Assembly: GCA_963575745.1 (NCBI GenBank)
Contig: CAUYUJ010000003.1
Location: 992,001-1,056,000, forward strand
From: Prorocentrum cordatum
Taxonomy: Eukaryota
Length of the DNA stretch: 64,000 nucleotides
Direction: 5' to 3'
This document shows, one piece after another, positions 9,918-21,570 of the stretch. Below the pieces are notes generated by a model, which was not told where the DNA came from, did no database searches, and saw nothing but the letters and a program-made list of their open reading frames with translations. How positions within the stretch are numbered: position 1 is the first letter of the stretch; each line of letters starts with the position of its first letter. A program made the position numbers and the translations under genes.

Positions 9918-12547
9918 GCTTGAAAACTGACAACAACAGTTTCACAGATGGAGGGCGGGTCGCTTCCAAAATGTGGTTTCGCCTGCGCGCCGCGCGCATT
10001 CGTGCAACAGATTGCAAAAACTTTGCGAATTGAGGGGGGCTCGTTTTCAAAATGTGGCTCTCGCTTTAGCGCCGCGCACATTTGTGCTAAAAACTTGCAG
10101 GAGCTTTACGGATTGAGGGCGCCCGGGTTTTCAAAATGCGGTTTTCGCCTTGGCGCCGCACAATTTCGTTTCATTTGTTCTTCAAAATTGCGAAAGCTTG
10201 ACGGATCGAGGGCGGATCGTTTTCAAAATGTGCCTGTCGCCTCAGCGCCGCGCACATTCGGTTTAATAGTTGCAAGAGTCTCACAGATGAAAGGCGGGTG
10301 GTTTTCAATATGTGGATATCGCCTAGGCGCCGCGCACAGTCGTATTATAATTAGCAGGAACTTCACGGATAGAAGGCGGCTGGTCTTCAAAATGTGGCTC
10401 TCGCCTGAGCGCCGCGCGCTTTCGCTTTAGCAAATGGCAAGAGCTTCGCGGATTGAGGGCGGTTCATGTTCAAAATGTCGCTGTCACCACAGCGCCGCGC
10501 ACATCCGTTTTCGTTGCGATGGTTTTACAGGTTCTACTGTTTAACGTATCAGGAAAAAAGTGTGCTGGAAAGATTCAAGCTTGTCAGGGTGCAAGAGTTA
10601 CGTTGGTTCGCGGTGCTGAAGTCTCAGGAATGGTGTTCTGGCACGAATCAGGACCGCCAAGACGTACCAGTCAGGTTGCCTCGTGGTGTTGAAGTCCTGA
10701 GATTGGTGTTTTGGCACGCTTCAAAAAGCTCATACGGTTGCCACTCAACGGGACAATTCCCTGTTGAAATGACCCCCTGTAGAGGCCTATGAAGAGGGAT
10801 CTTGAAGGGAGGGTCTATTTCAACATCCTTGATGAGTCTTGGATTTGCACTGGTCCTCCTCCTTCTGCTCCCCCTCCTCCTTCTCCACCTCCTCCTCCTC
10901 CTCCTCCTCTTCCTCTTCCCGACGACGAACTGACGAGCTGAAGGGATGAAGGTTTCCTCCTCCTCCTCCTCCTGTTTCTCCTCCTGCTCGCCCTCCTCCT
11001 CCTCCTGTTTCTCCTCCTGCTCGCCCTCCTCCTCCTCCCCCTCCCCTTCCTCATCACCTCCTCCTCGTCCTCCCCGCGCCTGGAGGCATACGGGCCCTCG
11101 GGGGACCAAGGGCTCCGCGAATCCGGACCTGCCCCCAACCCGCGCGCTGCTCGTCTGCCCCCCCGGCGCCGCCCCGCCCCCCCCGCAGGCACCCCGCCCG
11201 GGGGGCCCAGCCGAGCGAGATCGAGCTCGGCGTAGAAACGTCCAAGGCCACGCTAACGGCGAGGTTGGTGAACGGCGATGTTGGGAATATTGTCTTTGCG
11301 GCGACGAAAGCAGCCAAAGCTGGGCCGAAGGGGAAGGATGCAAGGGTAACCTTGGAAAGTCGCTCTGATCCTTACTATGCGGGTTGACTGTACATTGGGT
11401 CAGAGGATCCCACCGCATCGCCGATGCATCGGTGACGTATCGGCGACATTGGCGATGCATCGGCGGTGTCGGTGTGGGAGGGAAATCGGGCTCTACGCCG
11501 AGCAACATCGGCGATGCATCGCCGATGCGGCGCGGTCCTCCCACATCTGCTTCGACCCTGGGGAGGCCTTGGAGTAACAAACAAGTGCATAAATATACAC
11601 TGTTGCAGGTCCGCGCAGATATCTTGGATCGACGCTGGGCCCCCCTCCCTGGCGCGGAGCGCGCCAAAGGCGCCGCCAGGGGCTCTGGCGCAGATCCGAG
11701 AAATCTTCGCTGACCTCCGAAAAGTCCAGCGTATGTCATCGCGTGTTCCCCCAGGCCTGGACGTTTCCTCAGCCTCAGGGCCCCTGCCCTTCCTGGCGAC
11801 CTCCTGGGCTCGGCTGGGGGGGAGGAGAAAGAACAGTGCAAACCCAAGACCCATCAACGATGTTGCAATCGATCGACCCTCCCTCCAAGTTCCCTCTCCA
11901 CAGGCCCCTACAAGGATTCAATATCACTGGAGGAAGTGCCCCGTTGGAAGACAACCATTTGAAAATCCTGAACCGTACAGGAACACCGTTCCTGGGACTT
12001 CAACGCCACGAATCAACGTGACTGTTGCGTCTTGATGATCCTGATTCGCGCTGGAACACCATTACTGAAACTTCAACACCGCGAATCAATTTAACTGTTG
12101 CGCCCTGACGGTCCTACATCGTTCCAAGACACTGTTTTCTGGGACGCTAACCAGAGGGGTCGTTGAAACTACAATGAATTCTAAAGGCGAATGTGCGAGA
12201 GTTGCGCTCAGGCGAAAACGACAACGGCGCTGAGGCGAGAACCACATTTTGGAAAGGTGTCGTCGTTCTCCCGTGAAACTCTTGCAAGCTGTTGGCGAGC
12301 GCGCGGCGCTAAGGCGAGAGGCACATTTTGCAAAGGACCCGCCCTTCATCCGCGAAACTCTTGCAACTGTTAGAGATGGATGTGCGCGGCACTGAGGCGA
12401 GAACCACGTTTCGAAAACCGCCCGCCCTCCATCCGCGAAGCTCTTGCAAACGTTTAAGAATAATGTGCGAGGGGCTAAGGCGAGAGCCGCATATTGAAAA
12501 CGGCCTGGCCTTCATTCGTGAAGCTGTTGCACATTCTCAGTTCTAAG
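9918..12547. mobile_element. Second foldback-like element: diverged inverted arms (~9918-10870 and ~11815-12547) built on ~82-bp tandem subrepeats
   Basis: About 7 units of gagggcggg..ttttcaaaatgtggctctcgcc..gcgccgcgcaca on the left and about 4 reverse-complement units at 12190-12520; 10560-10850 matches the reverse complement of 11835-12140. Confidence 0.75.
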
Positions 12548-12649
12548 ATCTTCAAGTGAAGTGCGAGGAAGCCTCAGGCGGCCCGCCTGGCCCGCCCTAC
12601 CGACACGTCTCGAGGTGCGACAAGGAGGGATTATATTTCCAAGGGAATA

Positions 12650-13055
12650 AGGATGAGGAGGAAGAAGGAAAAGGGGGAGGGCGAGGGCGAGGAGGAGGAG
12701 GAAGAGGAGGAGGAGGATGAGGAAAAGGAGGGGGAGGAGGGGGAGGAGGAGGAGGAGGAGGAGGAGGAGGAGGAGGAGGTGGAGGGGAGGGAGGGAGGGA
12801 GAGCGGAGGAGGAGGAGGGAGGAGGAGGAGGAGAGAAGGAGGAAAAGAAGGAGGGGGAGGAGAGGGATGATGATGAGGAGGAGGAGGAGGGAGGAGGATA
12901 ATCCAGAGGAGGGGGAGAGGGATGATGATGAGGATGAGAATGAGGATGAGGAGGACGAGGAGGAGGAGGACAAGGAGGAGGAGGAGGACGAGGAGGAGGA
13001 GAGGAGGAGGAGGAGGAGGAGGGAGGGAGGGAGGGAGAGGGCGAGAGAGGGAGGG
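12650..13055. repeat. (GAG)n-rich polypurine tract
   Basis: Read directly. Confidence 0.9.
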
Positions 13056-13913
13056 CCGTCGGCAATGCGCTGGCCCGACGCATATGCCGCACGCGCCGGC
13101 GACCCCCGCCCGCGGCGAGCTCGGTGGCCACCGACATGGCGGCCGCGTGCCGGACATGGGACGCTCGCCGTGGCTGCAGGCTGCGGGGGGCGCCAGGAAG
13201 GACCTCGACGAGCTTCTCCCCGAGATCCTGGCGTCTCGCATTTTTCGAACCAGGCGTATTCGCTTAGTTTCGGGCCCCACGACGGGTCGAAACCTGGCGC
13301 ACAAAGATGGGGGATCTGGTCTTGATTTTTCACCACGTTCCGAGTTTTTCGCGCCGTCGGATTTCAGGGCCAAGTCCCCGCCCCCCTCTGCCCATCCCTC
13401 CCAGGCCTCTCCCCTCCCTCCACCCCTCCCTGAACCTGTGGTCCCTCCCTCGCTCAGTCATCCTTACCCCCCTTACACCCTCCCCTTCTGATTGCGCATA
13501 ACACGGTGGGATAATCTTGGAGCTCTAAGACACGCGTCGACGGCCAGAGAAGATGATACAGCACAATGGGAAGGGATGGGTGGGCGGGGTAGGATGTCAG
13601 TCAGATTTTGCGATATGGCGCGAGCTCACATAACGAAGCGCCATCCGCCCCACCCCCTCCCCCTCATCCCCTTCCTGCCCTCTCGCCTCCCTCCCCCCTC
13701 CCTCCCTCCCCCCTCCGTCCAGCCGTTCCATGCTCGGAGCAGCACGCGTCTGCAAACAAAACGATGGAAGAGCGAGTCCCCGTCGGCAGTGCCCCCGCCC
13801 TCGGTGAGCCACCCCGCGTGGCCCGCCGAGGGGCGGTGGAACTGGGGTCCCATCGTGGGCGCTTCTGTGTCATGTCACGTAAGCGCCACATACGAATTTG
13901 TTGGCTCTTACGG

Positions 13914-14000
13914 ATCGACGCTGATCGACGCCAGTCGACGCTTAATCGACGCTAAGTCGACGCCAGTCGAGGCCGTTCGACGCTGGTCGACGCCGATCGA
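13914..14000. repeat. Array of nine TCGA(CGC) motifs at 10-11-bp period
   Basis: tcgacgctga tcgacgccag tcgacgcttaa tcgacgctaag...; shorter relative at 48529-48556. Confidence 0.85.
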
Positions 14001-14504
14001 GCTTCTCCCGGCTAGCGCACGCGAGTGTACTCTAACCACGGAGTTCCGAGGACATGCGGAGGGATGGTGCGAGAGCGACGAGCTTGGCACAATCTTGGGT
14101 GGCGGCGCCGCGAGGGTCCAAGCGCACAGTCGAAACTAGATCACAAGAGCGTGGATCAAGACCATGGGACCCTTCGCCGAAAGTCCAAGGCACCAAGGAT
14201 ATGCCCGACACGGGACGCATTCCAAGGTGGAGGGCCCAATTGCGAAGAACATAGCGGCACCCCTTTCCAAAGCTATGAGTTGCATTAACCTTCGTGCCCA
14301 CTGTAGAAGAATGAAGAACTGACTGAGCATGATCTGGTGGAATTCCGCGATGATTGTTCGGATCTGCGCCGGACGCGGAAAGCGCCGCGGACAGGTCCAA
14401 CAAGACTGTGGCAGGCCGTCGAAAGTTGATGTGCCTGTCGTTGTTGTCATGCTTTTCCAACTCGGCTAGAAAAGGAGATGGAAGAGACTAGAGACATGGG
14501 CTTA

Positions 14505-14665
14505 CGGGGCGAATGTGAAAGATGAGATCTACTGGTCGAACGAACGCAGGGTCAGTATTCGCGCGTGTGTTACAGCGGGCGCGTGCAAGGATCCTGCTGC
14601 AAACAGCAGAAGCATTGCAGGCCAGCGCTAGCACACGCAAGAATGAGGTGAGACAGACAGGACAT
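14505..14665 (-). repeat. Putative 3' LTR remnant of copia element 1
   Basis: Shares agcgggcgcgtgcaaggatcc..tgcaaac..gcaggcca..gcaag.atgaggtgagacag with 25297-25455. Confidence 0.6.
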
Positions 14666-15109
14666 ACACCGTTCGAGCCTGGAGCTCAAACAAGTCCGTC
14701 GCGCCGTCGCTGGCCGTAAACAGCTGCAAAGCGCGCTTTCTGGCCGCACTCTGGGACATACCATGCTTGCAATGGGCGCGCTGCTGACCGCGCCTAAGAG
14801 ACTATGGGTGGAGCGCAAACAAGAAATGCTGCTGTTCAAATGACACAGCCAGCTGGAGCAACACTCAAGCGAATGCTCAACTTCCACGTAGTCCCTGTCC
14901 GTGGTTGCCCGCGGAACGCGGCGCTCTCTTGGCTGCATCGTAGGTAAGTCGCCCCATGTGCCGATGCACGGAATCACGGTGGTCGGCCTGGCGACACAAT
15001 CACTCGAGTCGCTTCTTCTCTGCTTGGTGAAGAAGCCACGCTGGGAGCTCGGGGCGGCCTTCTTTCTCGCTTCGTCGCTGAACTTGACAGCGTCGTGGTT
15101 GTTGCTGCG

Positions 15110-16760
15110 CTGGCCGTCCATCGCGTTGAGGATGCACCCCCGGCCCATGCTGCCCTCGGTCACTGGGTCGGCCGCATGCCCCGAGCGTCGCACCAGAGTC
15201 GGTCCTCGATCTGTTTGGCGCGCGACTGCACCACTGGCGTCTTGTCATGCTCTTCTCGGAGCGCGGCTGCGCCCGGCCCATGGGCAGGGCGTCGTGGGCG
15301 GACGTGCCGTCGATGACTCGATCACCAGGGATGGCGCAATCTCCTTCCTCCCTCACCCCCCTGATCTCCTCGGCAAAAGCGGGGCCGCGCACCGTCCCGC
15401 GCGGAGCGAGGAGGCGCGCCTGCAGTCCGCAGGCTGCGCCGCACGCTGCGAGCAGCTCTGAACCGAACGAGGATCTGCGCGCCAGCTTGCGCGATCGCCC
15501 CACTGAGCCCGACAAGTGGCACGCCCGGTTGCAGGTGCGGCGGCGCCTGCCGAGACGAATGCACACGGCCCCCCTCGCGCCGCGCCCTTCCCCCCCCCAC
15601 TTGACTGGCCCGTCGCTGTGCGCGCTGAGTCGTCTGACACGCTCCGCGGCTGGAAATGCGACGCGGGCCTGCACCTTCTGCGTGGCCAAAGCCACTGGGC
15701 TGACCTGCATCGCGCGTCGGATGAGAAGCCTGTCTTCGGCTCTCTGCAGGGCGACGATGCACGCGGCCGCATGGGGCTGAGCGAGCAGGGCGCAAGCCGC
15801 TGCTCCCAAAAGGGGGACCAGACGGCCTGGGAGCTGACCTCCAGCCGCCACGTCAGCCTTGGCCTTGACGAGGCCGACGCGTCCGATCGATATGAGAGCG
15901 TCGATGCGCTCGTCCTGGTCGAGCGCCACGGCGCCATCGGCACCGCGACGATGGTGAACTCCACAAGTGGTGAAACTATCGCAGTCACCTTTCGTTTTGC
16001 CGAAAGCGACGCGGCAAATCAGCCCGTCGACGCGCCCCTTGCGTCCAACGACCTTCAGATCGTCAACGAGCTCGGGGCAAGATGAGCACTGGCTGTGAGC
16101 TTCTGGTGCCGCAGGCACCAGACGTCTCGCACATGACCTCGCGCCCCAGGCCCCGCGCGGCGGGCGGGGCGCCGCGCTCTGGCACGCGTGGCCCAGGCTT
16201 GCTTCGTGGAAGGATCGGGGCGCACCGTTGCAGCCCGTGCCCGGATTGATGCGTCGCAAGGTCTCAATCTGCCCATCGCGTCTCTCGCGGCTCGGCCCCT
16301 GCTGGTGGACGGCAATGCTGCCGGGCGGCGCTGCGAAGTTCACATCGCGGGACCCCCCGCCTTGTTCCTGCGTCTCGGCGAAGGCCATGCTCGGAGGAGC
16401 GCCTTCTCGACGCCCGCGGCGACGCGCGCCCAGTTGGGGCGGCGCGACGTCGCCGGGGGCCGTAGGCCCTACGACGCCCCCTTCGCTGTGCCAGCGAACG
16501 TCTCGCGCCGGATGATCCGGGCAGTCTTGCCGTCAGATTCATTCCGGCACTTCCTATGAAAGACGCGTTTGGAGTCCGTCGCGTTCCGGGCGCCCGTGAG
16601 CGGCGTCTCTCGAAGCGCGCGCACTTGACTCAAATGGTGGGCTCTTCGAGGGCGGCCGCTGCGAGCTATCTTGACAGCCTCGACACTTCCTTGTCGGTCG
16701 CGCTTGATGACCGCGGTCTTAACGGCGGCGCGAATATCACGCGCGGCCGTCAGGCGAGCG
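15110..16760 (-). pseudogene. Copia reverse transcriptase + RNase H remnant
   Basis: GARNATDSKRVF, PGTGCNGAPRSF, VDDLKVVG, FTTCGVHHRR..VALDQ, RSSFGSELLAA, ADPVTEGS in ORFs 16469..16864, 15000..16388 and 14570..15193. Confidence 0.8.
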
Positions 16761-17329
16761 CTGGCGACACAGCCACCAGACGCAGTCTCGTTGAAGCTCG
16801 AGAATGCTGCGCGAGCCCCTGGGTCAAAATACAGCTCCACTACCACCAGCGGCTCGTCGCCCAAGATGAGCTCAATGATGCGAGCTTCCTACGAATGCTC
16901 GCCGATGAGCTGATGGACGTCGAACTTGACGCTGTTGAGGTGGATGCGAAGGACGTCGGTCGGGCCCGAGGGGGCCGCCAGATGTGAACTGCGACCGCAG
17001 CCTGTCCAGTTGCCCGCATATTTCTGGCGGCGCATCAGACGCATAGCGTGACTTTCTGGCAGCTGAAAGCGTCTGCAGAACAGATGGCGCAGAGCTTCGA
17101 GAACGCCTGGACGCTGTCAGGTCTGCTCGGTGATCTGCGTGCCCTTCTCGTCTTCCCAGTGGCCGAAGGCCCCGGAACTGGAGCCTGGCGCGACGTGCCC
17201 CAAGTAGTCCTCCACGCGGTCCCAGGTCAAGCCTGCTCGCGCCACGCCGACGCCCATGTCGTCGAACGCAGCCGCGATGCTTGTCCAGACGTCTTGCAGT
17301 CTGCATGCCATCTCGGCTGGGCGGTCTGC

Positions 17330-18260
17330 GTAATAATGGCCGTTCCAGGGCTGGCCCAGGCAGACGCGTCCTCCGTGCTCGGGGGCGCGAGGATCCCCAC
17401 CTGGTCGCCAAGGTTGAAACGGCCTTGCCCGGACTCGGTGGTGCGGGTCCGGAGGGCGCGACCGACGCGCGAGATCGGCGTGGCCTCGATCATGCGTTCC
17501 AGAGCGATCGCGGCTACGCCACTGCGGTCGGCCGGGCTGCACTTCTCCACCAGCCGGGGTCTCAGCGCGCCAGTGCCGGAGGCACCGGATACCTCACCCT
17601 CTTCGTCTGCTTCCAGTGGTGGCAGCATAGGCTTCTGCTGTCCGAAGACGATGTCGCATGATATAACGCCGCCTACGCGGGCGAGGCCGTTGCCAGGAAG
17701 CGCAGCGCGCGCCGGCGCAGTCGCCGCGACGCCTTCGCAGTCCAGCTGCCCTTCCGCGGCGCGCGCGGCGCCAGGTCGCCAGATGAAGCGAGCGTGATGA
17801 CGAACAGCCCGGATATCAATCGATACTCCTCGCATTTCCATGACCTCCACGAAGTATGGCGAGGCCACCCAGCCATCGCCGTCCACGATGCACGTCTCCA
17901 TCGCACCGAACATCTGAATCCATGAACGGTCGAAGCCGGCGAGCGATATCCCGGCCACTGTGCCGCGGCGAGGCGCAGCTGATCAGGCGGGGGGCCATGC
18001 GATCCTCGTAGCGCAGGGTGTCGCACCCGTCGCGCTGGTTGGTTGGATCGTGTCGAAAGGCGGAGGGCAGGGATGGTCTGGCCAGCTGGTAGTAGCCACT
18101 TGCGGCACTCCCTGCTGTAGTTCACCACCGTCGGTGTGAGGTTGAGGATGCCGTGTGGTATGTTGGCTGCTCGTAGTCTCGTGGTATCTCCTCCTTAGTG
18201 CCATGCGACCAGAGGTGCAGCTGGCGCAGTTCCCGCATGCGCGTCTCATGCGAGTCACCG
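17330..18260 (-). pseudogene. Integrase remnant
   Basis: HHCC-like LRQLHLWSH...SRECRKW; core SWIQMFGAMETCIVDGDG..RGVSIDIRAVRHHARFI; C-terminal FNLGDQV (ORF 17227..17958). Confidence 0.7.
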
Positions 18261-18979
18261 CGGGAGGCTCATAGGGATGTGGCGACGTCGAAGCGGGCCC
18301 AGTGTGCGGGCGTCAGGTTGCCTGCAGCTGCGTCGGCAACTCGTGGCGCCGACCGTCGGGACTCTGCGCCTGCTGCTGGACAAGCTCGCGCCCCTGGCCC
18401 AGTGACAATCACCCGAACCGTTGCTCTGAAGTCGAGTGACACAGCCACCCGAACCGCTACCCTGAGCCCCAGCGCTCGTTGAAGAGCTGGCTCCTGATTC
18501 CCCTGCGGGCGCGGGTGGGAGAGCAGCCTCGTCTGCTGCTCCAAGGTCTGCGCCGCTGGGTAGTTGAGCCTGCTGATCGCTGGATTGACGTGGTCCTCCA
18601 GGTCGCGCTGGTGCTCGCGGGCGCTGACCGGCGCGCGGGCGCGGCCGTTCGCGGGGATCCAGGAACCTGCGCTTGCCGAATACACGGGCGTCTATTAGGC
18701 GGTCGCGTTCCTCCTCCTCCTGGCATGCGAGGCGCTCCCTTGTGGATCGGGGGGCCGTGAGGATAGCGGCGCGTTGCTGGATGGGGCGCGCGGGCCTGTG
18801 CGCCCGCATGTGGCGGTCGCGCGCCTTGCAGGTGCGGCGCGCGCGCGGCCGCCACGGAACGTCTGCCCTCGCCCTCCGCGGCCCCTGCAGCCACCGTCGG
18901 GAAGGCCGACGGTCGGGCGCCGCGCTCGCGAACGCTGTTTGCGAAGCGCGGACGACGCAGACGGCGACGCATGTCCACT

Positions 18980-19580
18980 ATGTCCGCCCGACCATCTTCC
19001 ATGGCCCGTCTGGGCGTCGAAGCTGTCGCGGCCCACGACGTGGGCATGGGCGCGCTTGCCCGGGCACCCAAGATTTGCGCGCTACGCGAGGACCTCTGGA
19101 ACGCTGGAGACCAGACCGGAAGTCTTCCGCAAGACGCCTGCGCGACGACCTCGATGCCCAGGCTGACGCTGGTCGAAGACGACCTTGTCCACACCTAGCG
19201 CACCCACGACCTCTGGCCATAGCGGCTCGTCGCGCAGCCATGATGGCTCGGGTTGCTCGTTGACGAAGTAGACGCCCAGCTCGAGCTGCAGCTGTGAAAG
19301 ATAAGCGCAGAATCGGCTGTGGGTGGCCGCGCCCTCGTGGGAATGCAGCCAGGCGCGGCAGTTTCGCCGATGATTGAAAATGGTCCAAGGATGGCAAGGT
19401 CGGGGCCAAGATGGCAACGAATGGCCGAGGTTGCGGAACAAATCGTTCATCGGCGCGCTGCTGGCTCTCGTCGTCGAGGCCGCAGCCGGTCACCAAGTCG
19501 ACGATTTCGCCAACTCGATGGTGGCCGCGGATAGCCAGGCTGCAAGTCCGCGCCTCTCCTCCGTAAACCCCCATAGCGTC
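18980..19580 (-). pseudogene. Degenerate C5 DNA methyltransferase-like domain in copia element 1
   Basis: MGVYGGEAR (motif I-like); VDLVTGCGLDDESQQR..RPFVAILAPT aligns by eye with MDLRTGWDFDDKSQRE..KPMFVVASPAC at 58.3 kb; YFVNEQP (motif VI); VVFDQ. Confidence 0.65.
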
Positions 19581-21229
19581 GGCGCCGTAGTCGACTGAAG
19601 CGAAGTAGGTGAGAAGCTGGTGGGGGGGCGTCGAACTCGGTGGGCGGCGCTGTTGGAGCACTAGCGGACGCCCCATCGGGGGCCAGCTGGTTGAGAAGCG
19701 CTCCGCAAACAAAACGGAGAATAGCCATGCGGCGATCAATATCTGGCTCGGGATCCGACGAGCCTCGGAAACACCGCGTCAGCAGACCTGCGGCAAGGTT
19801 GCCATGGAGGGCGCCCTCGTCGCACTTGTCGGCTTCAGAGTCGCAAGAGGCTGGAAGGCCGAGAAGAAGGGTCGAAGCTGCAGTCGACGTGGTGGTCTTC
19901 GGCGACCTGCATGCACGTCTTGGGCACATGGCCCTCCTGTATATTCGCCTGCTGGCGTATGCGCTCTGCTGTTAGGCAGGCGTTGGTGACGCAGTCACCG
20001 GGCGCCTCCCGCGGTTGTTCGTGCTTGTGGTCCTGGGTGTTTGATGTGTTTGAGTGTAGGCGGTCGTGGGTGCGCCGCTTGGCGTCGTGCTTGCGGTGCG
20101 CCACTGGACTGGAAGATGTGTTCGGGTCAAGCTGTCGTCGTGCCTCGCTGAAGCCGCACCCTCCTCGACGCGCCTTGGCTGGGTGGAGCGCCACTGCAGT
20201 AGGGTGCACGTCGCAACGCCTCGCGGCGCATCAGGGCTGCGTGCACTCATCGGTTGATGATCGTCCAGTCGTCGGTGTGCTCCTCCAAATCGACGTTGCA
20301 CTGGCGCAGCCGGTTGCAGACGGGCGCCCCAGTGAGCGCCGCGAAGACAGCGTGGCTGCGCTCGATCTACCGGGCCGAAGGCTTGTGGCACGCCCGATTC
20401 TGATTCAGATGGAGCGCGTGGGTGTCGATCATCTGCCGTGCAGTTGGTCGAGTCCACTATTGGCCATGCCGGCCAATGACCGCTATCCTGGCGCTGGCAT
20501 CCCTGGCCCTGGGGAACCAGTCAGGAAGGGGTCGAGGACGAGGTGAGTCTCGTCCCTCGTCGCGTCGCACGTAGCCCGCAGCATGCTGTAGCTGGCGCTA
20601 GGGGGCCGCTCTTGTCCGACAGCACGTTCCGAACGTGCTCTCGGACAACGACTTCCCGGCGCCCCCAAAGTCTGAGGTGCGAATGACGTCGAAGCCGTGG
20701 TCTTGTAGTGCTAGCGATGAGTCTCGCCCTCGCCCCGGGGCCCAGGCGGGGCGCGCTGGCCCGGCCGATCACTTCCGCAGGGGCAGGTCGACGGGGCCAG
20801 CCTGGCGAGCCGGCCCGGCTGTTTCCTGGCGAGGCAGCTCCTTGGACCCCTCAATGCCACAAGCACCCGAAGACCTCTCGGACGTCGCGCAGCCTACCTC
20901 TCGCGCAGAGGAGTCTTGGCTCAGGAACGCCATGCCAGTGCGTCCGAAACTCCAGATCCACGAGGTGGTGGAGGAAGCTTGGCAACGACGGCGATGTCGG
21001 CATCGCCGGCGATGTGCTCCACCATGAGCCAGGGCATTGCGCGGCCCTGCACGACCGCGCACGTCCGCGGGAGGGCGCTGGACATGATCACTTGGACCTC
21101 GCAGTGGGAGTCGGGGCCCGCCACGACGCCCGCGACGCCGATCCCCCTCGGGGCGAGTCCGGTGCTAGGGGCCGCGCGAAGGTAATTGCCCGGCAAAGCG
21201 AAGGCTGCCGCGCCCGCGAATGATCCACG

Positions 21230-21570
21230 CCCGTCTCCGCCACCCCGTTGCTGGACTGCGTGGGCCGTCGACCTCGCAGGGAGGGGGGGTCAGCGCCCGC
21301 GCCCTCCATGGCCGGCGAGCGCGCGCTGCGCCGACGGGCCGCGCGGTCGCGAAGGGCCACCGCGATGGGGCAGTGCATCTCGCGGCGCGCTACCTGCGAC
21401 GTGTTGCCAACGCCCACTGCGCACAATGGGGTGGGAACTTCTCCTCAGAGGGCCGCGGCTTCGCCTGCTGGGCCTTGCGGGCCAAATTCACGGCGAAACG
21501 CAATCCCCATGGTTCGTCCAGGCGCCGGCGTCGACTGCGACGCTTAATCGACCGCCCTTCAGATCGGTGC
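21230..21570 (-). pseudogene. Retroviral-type aspartic protease remnant
   Basis: YLASTDLKGGRLSVAVDAGAWTN followed by VGVGNTSQ..CPIAV in a shifted frame. Confidence 0.6.

Noticed and set aside
9948..10500. 160-aa ORF or CRISPR-like array
   Set aside because: Degenerate 82-bp tandem units of a foldback arm; the period is not a multiple of 3.
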